Position numbers and translations under genes: made by a program | Shown here: positions 1 through 8,655 of the stretch, one piece after another | Position numbering within the stretch: position 1 is the stretch's first letter | How the letters are laid out: the number at the start of each line of letters is the position of its first letter | The notes under the pieces: model-generated | Told to the model about the DNA's origin: nothing | The model's input: only the letters and a program-made list of their open reading frames with translations | Databases searched by the model: none | DNA from: Candidatus Bathyarchaeota archaeon | Lineage (GTDB): Archaea; Thermoproteota; Bathyarchaeia; 40CM-2-53-6; RBG-13-38-9 | Assembly: GCA_963807605.1 (NCBI GenBank) | Contig: CAWECG010000004.1 | Coordinates: forward strand, 320,001 to 384,000 | Direction: 5' to 3' | DNA: 64,000 bases

Positions 1-47
1 GAGGGTTAAGAAGCTTCTAGTGGGCTACGGCTTTTCAGGCCCTAGCA

Positions 48-311
48 TTGAGGTTCACTAGGTGGTCGGCTTCGAACAAGCGACTGGTTGACCTGACAAA
101 GACCCTAAAGGCTCTAAAACTACAAAGAGATGGCACATCTGTTTGTCCGCGATGTGGTAGCTCCTCGGTCTCTAGAACCAGCTCCCTTGATGGCTGGCTA
201 ATTCCTGACCGCTTCGTATGTGAAAAATGTCGTTATGTGGGATACCTCGTCGTGAAGTTCAAGAAGTCTGAGGACGTGGATGATAGCTCAGGATCAGGCG
301 TTCAGACCTAG
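48..311 (+). CDS. Small Zn-ribbon protein
   Basis: CPRCGS...CEKC paired CxxC motifs in an 87-aa ORF; start uncertain. Confidence 0.6.
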   Translation: MRFTRWSASNKRLVDLTKTLKALKLQRDGTSVCPRCGSSSVSRTSSLDGWLIPDRFVCEKCRYVGYLVVKFKKSEDVDDSSGSGVQT

Positions 312-1219
312 AGCTTCCTTAAGGCCCTTGTATCGATTTCGGACTGTAACTTCAGTGACATTGGCGACCTCGGCTATGTCCTTCTGTGTCTTCTTCTCGC
401 CTTCCAAAACACAAGCCACGTAGAGCGCTGCTGCGGCCAGACCCATCGGGTCCTTCCCGGCGGCAATTCCTCTCCTCTGTGCTTCCTTAAGGATCTGATC
501 GCGCTTCTCTGAGTCTTCATGGATATGGCCACTTTTGAGGCGATCTTAGACACACATCTGACAGGATCCTCGACAGGCATTCTGATGTCAAGTTCGCGAA
601 GGAGAAGTCTATAGCAACGAGCGACATCTTTCTTCTTTATTCGACTGGCGGCAGCGACCTCCTTTAGAGTTCGAGGAGTCTCAGTTGCCCTACAGGCTGC
701 GTAGAGTGAGGCAGCTGCTATCGCCACTATGGAACGGCCCCTAACTAGACCGCTATCGAGGGCCTTACGATAAATTATGGCCGCTCTCTCCTTTACAGAA
801 GCGGGAATGTGCAATCGATCAGTTAGTCTGTCAAGCTCAGCCATGGCTTGAGCTAGGTTCCTATCAACTGAAGAGTGAATTCGCGTTCTAATCTGCCATT
901 TTCTGAGTCGCAGCATTTCCAAGCGTGTGCTGAGTGGTAGCTGTCTACCATAGGCGTCTCTATTTACACGGTCAATCACAGTTGACAGGCCTTTATCATG
1001 GACCGAGAAGGATATGGGTACACCGACTCTTCCACGTGATTCTCTTTCCTCCTGTGTGAAAGCTCTCCACTCAGGCCCCTGGCTCATGGCATGTTCACTC
1101 AAGACCAAACCACATTCTTGACAAACAATCTCGCCTAGATCGAAATCTTCGATAAGGTTCGTACTATTGCACTCTGGACAATTGGTGAGTCTGATCGGTC
1201 TTCTTCCTGGAGTTGACAT
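294..1219 (-). CDS. tfb: Transcription initiation factor IIB, with a 1-nt frameshift near 497
   Basis: N-terminal CPEC..CQEC Zn ribbon, GPEWRAF B-reader and cyclin repeats. After ...AI the alternate frame continues [28 protein letters not shown]...[11 protein letters not shown] to TGA at 296-294. Confidence 0.95.
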
Positions 1220-1440
1220 TATCTACACCTTTGAATATTTGAGCACCGGATGTCAGGGATGCAACTGGCTAGTCAGAAGAACTCCAGCTAGCCTGACTAT
1301 CAGGCAAACCGCCTCTTGGTGCGAGGCATATATATAAGCATTACTTTTATTTAAATCTATTCCGAAGACTTCTCCTGTACACGATATACGGATGTCAAGG
1401 CCAGTCTCGGGCTCTGCGGCGTGGGACACAATGGTCAAGT

Positions 1441-1456
1441 GGAAAGCTTAAAGACT
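1441..1456 (+). promoter_or_regulatory. Putative BRE/TATA box for tRNA-Gln
   Basis: GGAAAG-CTTAAAG about 50 nt upstream of the mature 5' end. Confidence 0.45.
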
Positions 1457-1501
1457 TCTTCTCTGATTCCATCATTGGCCCCGGAAGCTCGGGTGTCGGT
1501 T

Positions 1502-1632
1502 AGCCCGGTCGTCTAGCGGTCAACGTGGGTTCAGACACGATCAAGGATAGCGGGCTCTGGATCCTCCGTCAAGGAGAAGATACCCGTCGACGGGAGTTCG
1601 AAAAGAAATCGAAAATCTCCCCCGGGCTACCA
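1502..1632 (+). tRNA. tRNA-Gln(CUG) with three introns (1524-1544, ~1561-1582, 1603-1615) and encoded CCA
   Basis: Removing the three inserts gives AGCCCGGTCGTCTAGCGGTCAAGGATAGCGGGCTCTGGACCCGTCGACGGGAGTTCGAATCTCCCCCGGGCTACCA, a full cloverleaf. BHB-type motifs lie at the junctions and a T-run follows. Confidence 0.92.
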
Positions 1633-1677
1633 CTTTTTGTGGCATGCCTTTTAGTATTCCTCTAGTGCTGATGCATG

Positions 1678-2112
1678 TTATCCGACTGATTTGCAGTAAC
1701 GTTTGATGGTCACTAATCCTTCGGTAGCATTCATGGTTACCATGTCGCCGTTTAAAATGGTCTCTACAGGATCTTGTTGAAGCGTATCCATCAAGGGGAT
1801 TTGTGCAATAACGCAACCTGTCGCAATGATGGCCTCGGATCGTGTATTGATTATTCCACACGGCTTGGTGCCTCTTCTTGCCATCGCGTAGAGTGTGTAT
1901 GATCCTACAGTGCTTCCTTTTCCGTACGGGAATACTAAAATCTTGTTCGTCACCTGCGCCCCCTCAAGCTCATGATTCTTCTCGATAACTATGCCTGTTC
2001 GTGGATCAACTCCGCCCAGAAAAGAGAGCGGCTGATTGGTGACGAGCGCTTCCCCTTCTGCGAGACCCTTAACAAGGCTCCTCCCTTTGAGCTTAATCTC
2101 CATGGGCAGCAT
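1678..2112 (-). CDS. Aconitase X swivel subunit (DUF126), putative phosphomevalonate dehydratase small subunit
   Basis: SFLGGVDPRTG and GKGSTVGSY motifs; adjacent to AcnX large subunit. Confidence 0.9.
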   Translation of the reverse strand: MLPMEIKLKGRSLVKGLAEGEALVTNQPLSFLGGVDPRTGIVIEKNHELEGAQVTNKILVFPYGKGSTVGSYTLYAMARRGTKPCGIINTRSEAIIATGCVIAQIPLMDTLQQDPVETILNGDMVTMNATEGLVTIKRYCKSVG

Positions 2113-3292
2113 ACTCCAAGCATTCCTCTAGAGATTGAAGGCCAACACTCGCGTCGCAAAGTGATGGCAAGTAATGAGCTGCCTTTGTGGAATTAGTAAG
2201 TACTCGTGTTACACCCAAGTCTGCAAAGGGTGCCACTACCATGCACGTGTCTCTTATGACCTTCCCACCGGCTTCAGTTATGCTTTCGAGATAAGCCCTT
2301 GCCTTTGCGAGATTCCATACATATCTGGAAGTGAAGACCAACAAACGTTTAGCAAATCGTCTGTCTTTGCTCAGCTGGGAGATTCTCTCTATTTCCTCGA
2401 TGCTGCAGTGTGGGCAGCCTATACAGATGTGTTCTGGATGAGATTCCTTGGAAAGGGACTCCTTCGTACGGTCAAGGTCGTAACGGTCAACGGAAACTCT
2501 ATCTTGAAGTGTGTCTTTGCCTAGAATGTTCCACTCGGGGGTCAGCCCCCCAATATGGTAGAGTGCCTGGCCGCCTGAAGTTGCCATGCCGGCTCCTAGA
2601 GCCTTTAGAGAGGTGTTGTCGACTGGGCCCCTGGGAAGCTTTATCAGAGGTACATCATGGGGTATTCTCCTTCCTATGAAGAATCCTAGGAGACTGAAGT
2701 CCAACTCACTCGTAAGTTCTGAAGAAACAGTGACCTCAGCTGTCGGGACCCTGTTTTCGTTCATGTGGAATCCGTACAGAGGCGTCTTTCCGATGATGGC
2801 ACTAGCTAGTGCCATCGGACCTCCTTCTCGGTTAGTTCTCGCACCGAGGATCGAGTTTGCATAGATCACGGCAGAAGACTCAGCCCAGGCAAGATGATCC
2901 CCACACACCGGCCTTCTAGTCAAAAGATACGGAGTACAGGTACAGGTTGGACTTACACCGATCTCTTTGAGGGCAGATACTATCCTTGACTGCTTTACGG
3001 CAAACTCCTCTGGAATGCCCATCTCCCTCCAGTTCTCCAGATCCATGCCTGCCGGGTTCATTGTAGCGTATATCGAGGCCTTCGCTTCTAACTTAGCGAA
3101 GCTCTCGACGAATTCGAGTCCCGCGTCACCAATAGTCTTGTAAGATATTCCAGATATCTGGGCGCTTTCAACGCGGATGAGTTTTATTGCACCAAAAACC
3201 TCCCCCACGGTGACTAGCAGTTTCATGGCAGTGGCTGGGGCTTCACCCTGCTCACCATCAAGAATTTTTTCTTCTTCTTTTGTGAGATACAA
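2093..3292 (-). CDS. Aconitase X catalytic subunit (DUF521), putative phosphomevalonate dehydratase large subunit
   Basis: ISGISYKTIGDAG, TCTCTPY, AWAESSA, GCPH and DTCMVV motifs; start placed at TTG 3292. Confidence 0.9.
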   Translation of the reverse strand: MYLTKEEEKILDGEQGEAPATAMKLLVTVGEVFGAIKLIRVESAQISGISYKTIGDAGLEFVESFAKLEAKASIYATMNPAGMDLENWREMGIPEEFAVKQSRIVSALKEIGVSPTCTCTPYLLTRRPVCGDHLAWAESSAVIYANSILGARTNREGGPMALASAIIGKTPLYGFHMNENRVPTAEVTVSSELTSELDFSLLGFFIGRRIPHDVPLIKLPRGPVDNTSLKALGAGMATSGGQALYHIGGLTPEWNILGKDTLQDRVSVDRYDLDRTKESLSKESHPEHICIGCPHCSIEEIERISQLSKDRRFAKRLLVFTSRYVWNLAKARAYLESITEAGGKVIRDTCMVVAPFADLGVTRVLTNSTKAAHYLPSLCDASVGLQSLEECLEYAAHGD

Positions 3293-3305
3293 AATGCGAG
3301 AAGCC

Positions 3306-4625
3306 TCAAGCGCTGGGTTCAGCTGGGATCTTTGCCCTTTCAAACTTCTCCTTGGGCTTCAGGAGGGATCGAGTGGCATCAAGGCCAACCTTCGTGGTGA
3401 GACTCAATTCTTGGTTTCCTGAAGCATCCAAGCTTGAACCGCGAGCATCATTTATGATGACCAAGTCTCTGTTCGCTTGGAATCTGGTCGCTATCGCCCA
3501 CTCAACGTCTTTGGAGCTATTCACGTCGATGTCTGCGTCAACCACTACAACGTGTTTGAGTGATGGGTGTCCAGACAGGGCCGCTAGGATGGCGTTCTTG
3601 GCGTCACCCTCGCTTTGCTTCTCGATTGAGACGACGGCATGCAACCAGTGACAACCTCCGGGGGTCAAGTTTACGTCCCTGACCCTCGGGACTACCCCAG
3701 CCACGTTTTCAACAATCTTGGCTTCTTGCGGCAGGCCCATCAGAAGACCGTGTTCGCTTCCGGATGGGAGGAGGGCATGGTAAACCAAGTTTTCCCTGCA
3801 GAATATTCTTTCCACCTCGATCAAGGGTTGTTTTCGGATGATGTCGTATGTGCCCGTTATGTCCACGAAAGGTCCTTCGTCAACCTGCCTATCCAATAAA
3901 ATCTTCCCCTCGATCACAAGCTCAGATTCCGCGGGGACGCGCGCGTCGACTGATCCGCACTGGGCGATTTTGAGATCGTTGTTCAAGAGTTGATTAGCCA
4001 CTGCATATTCGCTAACGCCGAATGGTGCCGGTGATGAGGCGGCTAAAAGGATGGCTGGATGAAGACCTAATGCGATGCCTATGTCGAGAGTGGATTTTCC
4101 TGCTTCCCTGACCATGGTACAGATTTGATGGAGGTGACGTGGGACGATTCTAATAGCCATGTGTCTGTCATCGATGATCATGAGTCGATGGATAGACACA
4201 TTCTCACCCGCTCCGTTGGGTAGTCTTGCGGAAACTATCGCTGAAGTTATGTAAGGCGCAGCGTCTCTTTCAAAGTGGGTAAGGATAGGTAATTCCCGAA
4301 GACCTGTGAGTTCTTCTTTAGCTTGCAGAGTATCAGTTGAACTTGGTTCTCTAGGGTTTCGAATAGCGTCCATCAGACGGGGGCGCATCTTCTCAAGAGC
4401 CACGCCCAGAGCTTTGGTCAATCTGTTCTTGGTTCCGCAGACGCCAGCCACGACCTTGCCGTAGCCTTTGACCTTTTCAAAAAGGAGTGCTTCCTTCCCA
4501 TCGTACTTCTTCATTATCGCTGATACTTCAAATCTAGGTGACACTTCTCCATCTATCTTGAGGAGGTCTCCTTCTTCCTCCAGGGACCTGACAAAGGATC
4601 TTAAGTCATGCATCGACTTTTCCAC
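3306..4625 (-). CDS. UbiD-family prFMN decarboxylase (putative anhydromevalonate phosphate decarboxylase)
   Basis: EGPFVDITGTYD, VVVVDADID and VEWAIATRFQ motifs; clustered with AcnX and UbiX. Confidence 0.9.
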   Translation of the reverse strand: MEKSMHDLRSFVRSLEEEGDLLKIDGEVSPRFEVSAIMKKYDGKEALLFEKVKGYGKVVAGVCGTKNRLTKALGVALEKMRPRLMDAIRNPREPSSTDTLQAKEELTGLRELPILTHFERDAAPYITSAIVSARLPNGAGENVSIHRLMIIDDRHMAIRIVPRHLHQICTMVREAGKSTLDIGIALGLHPAILLAASSPAPFGVSEYAVANQLLNNDLKIAQCGSVDARVPAESELVIEGKILLDRQVDEGPFVDITGTYDIIRKQPLIEVERIFCRENLVYHALLPSGSEHGLLMGLPQEAKIVENVAGVVPRVRDVNLTPGGCHWLHAVVSIEKQSEGDAKNAILAALSGHPSLKHVVVVDADIDVNSSKDVEWAIATRFQANRDLVIINDARGSSLDASGNQELSLTTKVGLDATRSLLKPKEKFERAKIPAEPSA

Positions 4626-4656
4626 TATTGCGGTCTGATAGCAGTGGCTTTCGATA

Positions 4657-5220
4657 TTAAGGTACAGTTCCCTTCCACGGTTTCAATAAGTCTTGTTCAA
4701 GACCGAGTTGCATAAGTATTCGACCAACAATAAAGTCCACTAGGTCGTCTATCTTACTTGGCTTATGATAGAAACCTGGGCTCGCAGGTATTATTACAGC
4801 CCCCGAGCGTGCTAATCTAAGTAGGTTGCTCAAGTGGATCGTGCTGAGCGGGGCCTCTCGAGGAACGAGTATTAGTTGCCGTCCTTCCTTAATGCATATG
4901 TCCGCTACCCTTAGGAGGAGATTCTTGGAGATACCGCTTGCGATGGCTGCGGCTGAAGCCATAGAGCAAGGTACAACCACCATCGCATCGAAGACCACAG
5001 AGCCGCTGGCAATTGGTGAGGCAAGGTTTTCTATGTCATAGTGTCTGGTAACTAGGTTATAGACCTCATCTGGCTCTTTCGCCAGCTCATGTCTTAAGAT
5101 CTCTTCGGCGGGATGAGTCATGATCGCCGAGACTTCGACTCCTCGCTTCTTGAGAGCTTCGAGTAGCCTCCACGAGTACACCATCCCGCTGGCTCCAGTT
5201 ATTCCAACTACAACTTGCAG
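4657..5220 (-). CDS. ubiX: Flavin prenyltransferase UbiX
   Basis: VVGITGASG lies upstream of the track's start; IASGS, VPCSM, LVPREAP and PGFYHKP motifs. Start inferred at CTG 5220. Confidence 0.9.
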   Translation of the reverse strand: MQVVVGITGASGMVYSWRLLEALKKRGVEVSAIMTHPAEEILRHELAKEPDEVYNLVTRHYDIENLASPIASGSVVFDAMVVVPCSMASAAAIASGISKNLLLRVADICIKEGRQLILVPREAPLSTIHLSNLLRLARSGAVIIPASPGFYHKPSKIDDLVDFIVGRILMQLGLEQDLLKPWKGTVP

Positions 5221-5359
5221 ATCTCTCTACCTCGGACTTGCTATGAAACGAGCGGACCCAAAGGATGATGATGCCTTGACCCAGCCTCTTATTAAGGCTT
5301 AGAATAAGACATACACTCTGATTCGGTTTCAAGCCTTCTTTGGAGCGAGATCCATCTCA

Positions 5360-5845
5360 ATGTTACAGATTGGTCAACGCACTGTTGCTCTGGGCGGAAC
5401 GTTTGAGCAACTCCACAGCGGACACCGAAAACTCATCCTAAGTGCTCTGCAAGTCGGCGACAGGGTTATCATCGGTTTGAGTAGCGACGGTTTCACAATC
5501 AACCTGAGGAAGAACCACTACATCAGTAGCTACGAATCCAGGCTTGCGAAGCTGAAGACCCTCCTTTCGGAGATCAACGCATTGCATAGGGTAACGATAG
5601 TGCCTCTGAACGACTGCTACGGCCCAGCGGTGACCGATGAAACTATCTCAAGAATAGTAGTTAGCCCTGAGACTCTGGAAACCGCTTTTGAGATTAACCG
5701 GATCCGCGTTCAGAAAGAAATGGGCCCTCTTGAAATATACGTCGTTAGTTTCATTCTCGGTGACGACGGAAAGCCTATCTCCACCTCTAGAATTAGTTTG
5801 GGTCTAATAAGCAAGAATGGGAGACTCCTACAAGAGACCTCATAG
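5360..5845 (+). CDS. coaD: Phosphopantetheine adenylyltransferase (archaeal type)
   Basis: GGTFxxLHxGH, IVVSPET and KPISTSRI motifs. Confidence 0.85.
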   Translation: MLQIGQRTVALGGTFEQLHSGHRKLILSALQVGDRVIIGLSSDGFTINLRKNHYISSYESRLAKLKTLLSEINALHRVTIVPLNDCYGPAVTDETISRIVVSPETLETAFEINRIRVQKEMGPLEIYVVSFILGDDGKPISTSRISLGLISKNGRLLQETS

Positions 5846-6222
5846 CGCTTGCCTTGGCACCATCATTTTGACGTGCTATGATCTTCAACGGATTATTCAC
5901 GGGTCTTTCATAAACTGGAGAGGGTTCCGAAAAATTGGAACAATCCGCCTCGTTTTCTCTAAAAAAATTGTTATTCCTTTAATCCTGTTTTCTTGGTACA
6001 CTAATAACTTACGTAAATGTCATAGGAAAGATCGACAAAGGCAAATGCAACTATTTGAGGAAAAGACTCCTTCATGCTCGCGTTAGCAGTCCAATATTTC
6101 GAAAGGACTTCAACGTTACGAAAAATCGAACGCTGAGGCAAGGATTGACCGATAGGGATTGGCCGAGGGAATCGGAGCATTTTATGATCTGCTGTCACGT
6201 GCGTGTGTCGGTAAAGAGATCT

Positions 6223-6654
6223 TCAGGAGAATTCCCTCTCCCACCTGTCGGAGATCTTATCGAGACTTTTTCGGAATTCTTCGAACTCTACGAAAAAGCC
6301 CTCCTTGAGAGAGTCACCGACGTACCTCTTGCTCCAAGACACCATACCCATGCGGAGTAGGTCGCGCCAAACATAATAGACTAGCCGCCTTGATGCTTTG
6401 AAGGGTTTGTTCCTCCAAGCGAAAGTGCCACTTTTGACGTTAGTGGCAAAGGCATTGAGAGCGTGTTTTGAAAAGTGTCCTTTTTTCTCCCTCAGTTCAT
6501 TGATCAGAAAATGGAGTACGAGACGTTGTTTTGTGTTAGCAGGATAGATGATGCTTGCAAAGTCAGGGTAAAGATTCAATGATAGATTTTCCTTGTCAAA
6601 ATGGATTCCCCTAAGCCGCGGTTGTGCATTTCCAATTGCACTTTTCAAGTTCAT
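6223..6654 (-). CDS. Conserved hypothetical protein, winged-helix-like
   Basis: 143-aa basic helical ORF, the only plausible gene in the gap; SRRLVYYVWRDLLRMGMVSW resembles a recognition helix plus wing. Confidence 0.55.
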   Translation of the reverse strand: MNLKSAIGNAQPRLRGIHFDKENLSLNLYPDFASIIYPANTKQRLVLHFLINELREKKGHFSKHALNAFATNVKSGTFAWRNKPFKASRRLVYYVWRDLLRMGMVSWSKRYVGDSLKEGFFVEFEEFRKSLDKISDRWEREFS

Positions 6655-6764
6655 AAAAGCTCACACTTGGCCATCTTGAAGTTTTGCCTATAGAAGCTTA
6701 TTTTGCAACGGTGATTGCATATACGCTTTTTCAAGATTCAATAAGCCGTGCAACTATTGTTGCA
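6625..6764. promoter_or_regulatory. Three TGCA-N8-TGCA palindromes (putative operators)
   Basis: TGCATTTCCAATTGCA (6625), TGCAACGGTGATTGCA (6704), TGCAACTATTGTTGCA (6749); partial copy TGCAACTATT at 6046. Confidence 0.6.
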
Positions 6765-6963
6765 TGAGCGTAATGCCACTTAGTAATGATACTAGGTCAC
6801 CATTAGAACCGGACTTTCGTATCTAAAACCTGGCCCTTTTCTGAAGAAATGCCGCGTCCAAAAGATTGGGCAGTGTCTCGTTCGGGGGGCGTCGGTTCCT
6901 AACGTCAAAGCAGCCTGTGTCCAATTTATTGGAGGTTCTGAGTCATTTCGAAAAATTGGAGGC

Positions 6964-7386
6964 CTAGGTTGTGTATCTGGTTTCCGACTTTTGTTTGGGT
7001 TGTTCTTGGGTAGCTGGAAATGGTGGAATGGGTGGCGGGACGCCTATGGTTTTGGCCAATACGATCGCTTCGGCGATCGCAACGCTTGAGACTTGCTGAA
7101 CGACCATATTAGGAGGGGGCTTCTGATTATTGAAGTCAGCCATTATCTGGTCAAGTTCGGTCTTTTCTCCCAGGGTTTGAGCTTTTCCCCTTATGTTGAT
7201 CTGAGCCACGGAGGGCGTGAAAGATACAGTAAAGACGAAGGGTGCCTCAACCATTCCAGGGGTCTTTCGTTCAAATCCTAGCAGATTGACATTTACAGCT
7301 ATCTGCAGCTGGGATGGAAGTGAAGTATCTATCCCCCAAAGTCTCTCTCCTGAGAGTTGAGTAACGAATACCCTAACGTTGGCCAT
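6964..7386 (-). CDS. Conserved archaeal hypothetical protein (possible SecB-like beta-sheet plus helix fold)
   Basis: Start at ATG 7386 (MANVRVF); four beta-strand-like segments, a long helix and a GVPPPIPP tail. Confidence 0.65.
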   Translation of the reverse strand: MANVRVFVTQLSGERLWGIDTSLPSQLQIAVNVNLLGFERKTPGMVEAPFVFTVSFTPSVAQINIRGKAQTLGEKTELDQIMADFNNQKPPPNMVVQQVSSVAIAEAIVLAKTIGVPPPIPPFPATQEQPKQKSETRYTT

Positions 7387-7414
7387 CTTCAACACGCCAA
7401 TAATGATCCGTTGG

Positions 7415-7672
7415 CTATTGGCTATAAGCGTTCGTAAAGGGCGTCTTAACGTGCCGCTTGCGTTTTGGCCTTGGAATCTTTTCAACAACCAGCTTATCTC
7501 CAAGAACCCTTGCGAGAAGAGACTGCCCTTCTCTGAATGGGAAACTCGAGTCATCGGTCAACTTTGTAGGCAGATATATCCTCGGGGAACGGTATGACAG
7601 TTTACCCTCTTTATTCTTCTTTCTCACAATCGTAAGTCTTACAGTCGTTTTGTTAACCATTTCCTTCACCAA
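7415..7672 (-). CDS. AbrB/MazE-like swapped-hairpin DNA-binding protein
   Basis: RIYLPTKL..DSSFPFREGQSLLARV..DKLVVEK pattern; basic. Confidence 0.7.
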   Translation of the reverse strand: MVKEMVNKTTVRLTIVRKKNKEGKLSYRSPRIYLPTKLTDDSSFPFREGQSLLARVLGDKLVVEKIPRPKRKRHVKTPFTNAYSQ

Positions 7673-7828
7673 TTGGTAAGCTAATTTATAATTGAGCTGG
7701 ACTATAAGACTTTAGTGTTGAAAGAGGGCGCCAACGAAGGATTTTGTGTTTGAGGACTCGTTTGAGCCGCGTAACCTTTTCATAGTGGAGATCATTCCAA
7801 TATTTGCAAATCGACCAGTGAATGGGTC

Positions 7829-8383
7829 ATGTTGAACGAGATACGTTGGCACGGAAGAGGCGGACAAGGAGTAGTTACGGCTAGCAGAATGCTTGCACAG
7901 GCCGCGCTTCTGGAAGGGAAGTTTGTACAGGCATTCCCAGAATTCGGCCCAGAGAGGACTGGTGCGCCCATCTTGGGGTTTACGCGAATCAGCGATGAGA
8001 GAATAAGGATTCACAGCCATGTCTACACCCCTAATCTAGTCGTTGTTTTGGATCCTACACTTCTTGAATCTGTTGACGTGACAGCAGGCTTGGTGAAGAG
8101 TGGACAATTGGTAGTCAATTCTGGCAAGACGCCAGACCAAATCAAGTCAGAATTAGAGGCTACCACGGCAAGGGCTTTTACAGTAGATGCGACTAGAATA
8201 TCGCTTGAGATCCTAGGTAGGGCAATAACGAATACTGCAATGCTTGGAGCAGCCATAAGAGCAGTGCCGATGGCTAATTTGGAATCCGTGAGGAAAGCTG
8301 TCAGGGAAAGGTTCACCGGCGAACTCGGAGACAGGAACGTGAAGGCAATTGAACGTGCGTATAATGAGGTGGTCTCTGGTTGA
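7829..8383 (+). CDS. porC: Pyruvate/2-oxoacid:ferredoxin oxidoreductase gamma subunit
   Basis: EIRWHGRGGQG, FPEFGPERTGAP and NTAMLGA motifs. Confidence 0.95.
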   Translation: MLNEIRWHGRGGQGVVTASRMLAQAALLEGKFVQAFPEFGPERTGAPILGFTRISDERIRIHSHVYTPNLVVVLDPTLLESVDVTAGLVKSGQLVVNSGKTPDQIKSELEATTARAFTVDATRISLEILGRAITNTAMLGAAIRAVPMANLESVRKAVRERFTGELGDRNVKAIERAYNEVVSG

Positions 8384-8655
8384 GTCGAAATTCTAGCTGG
8401 AGAGAGCTGCCGATAGGAGGACATCTCTATGAACCTGGTTCTTCTTTGAAGTATAAGACAGGATCTTGGAGAACCTTCAAACCCATCATCGATGAGAGCA
8501 AATGCACCAAATGCCTGCTTTGCTGGATATACTGCCCTGAGCCCTCTATCGATAGGGCTGGAGAGTGCGTCAAGATAAACTATGACTTCTGTAAAGGATG
8601 CGGGCTCTGCGCGTCAGAGTGCCCCACAAAGGCCATAAAGATGGTGGAGGAGTGA
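8380..8655 (+). CDS. porD: Pyruvate/2-oxoacid:ferredoxin oxidoreductase delta subunit
   Basis: KTGSWR and two 4Fe-4S motifs (CTKCLLCWIYCP, CKGCGLCASECP). Confidence 0.95.
   Translation: MSRNSSWRELPIGGHLYEPGSSLKYKTGSWRTFKPIIDESKCTKCLLCWIYCPEPSIDRAGECVKINYDFCKGCGLCASECPTKAIKMVEE

Larger units (their letters stand above)
5925..6961. repeat. Six copies of a 16-bp imperfect palindrome, core CRA-N4-TYG (e.g. TTCCGA-AAAA-TTGGAA)
   Basis: Copies at 5925, 6089, 6116, 6856, 6919 and 6946; two pairs are spaced exactly 27 bp. Confidence 0.75.

Noticed and set aside
1477-1501. Split-tRNA leader upstream of tRNA-Gln
   Set aside because: The tRNA is complete in cis; the GC-rich leader forms only a local CCCG/CGGG hairpin.
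5925-6961. Canonical ORB elements / confident oriC call
   Set aside because: The repeats lack the ORB consensus with its G-string and no cdc6/orc1 is nearby; kept only as a hypothesis.
6964-7386. Arcadin/crenactin cluster gene
   Set aside because: No recognisable similarity and no actin-like gene nearby.
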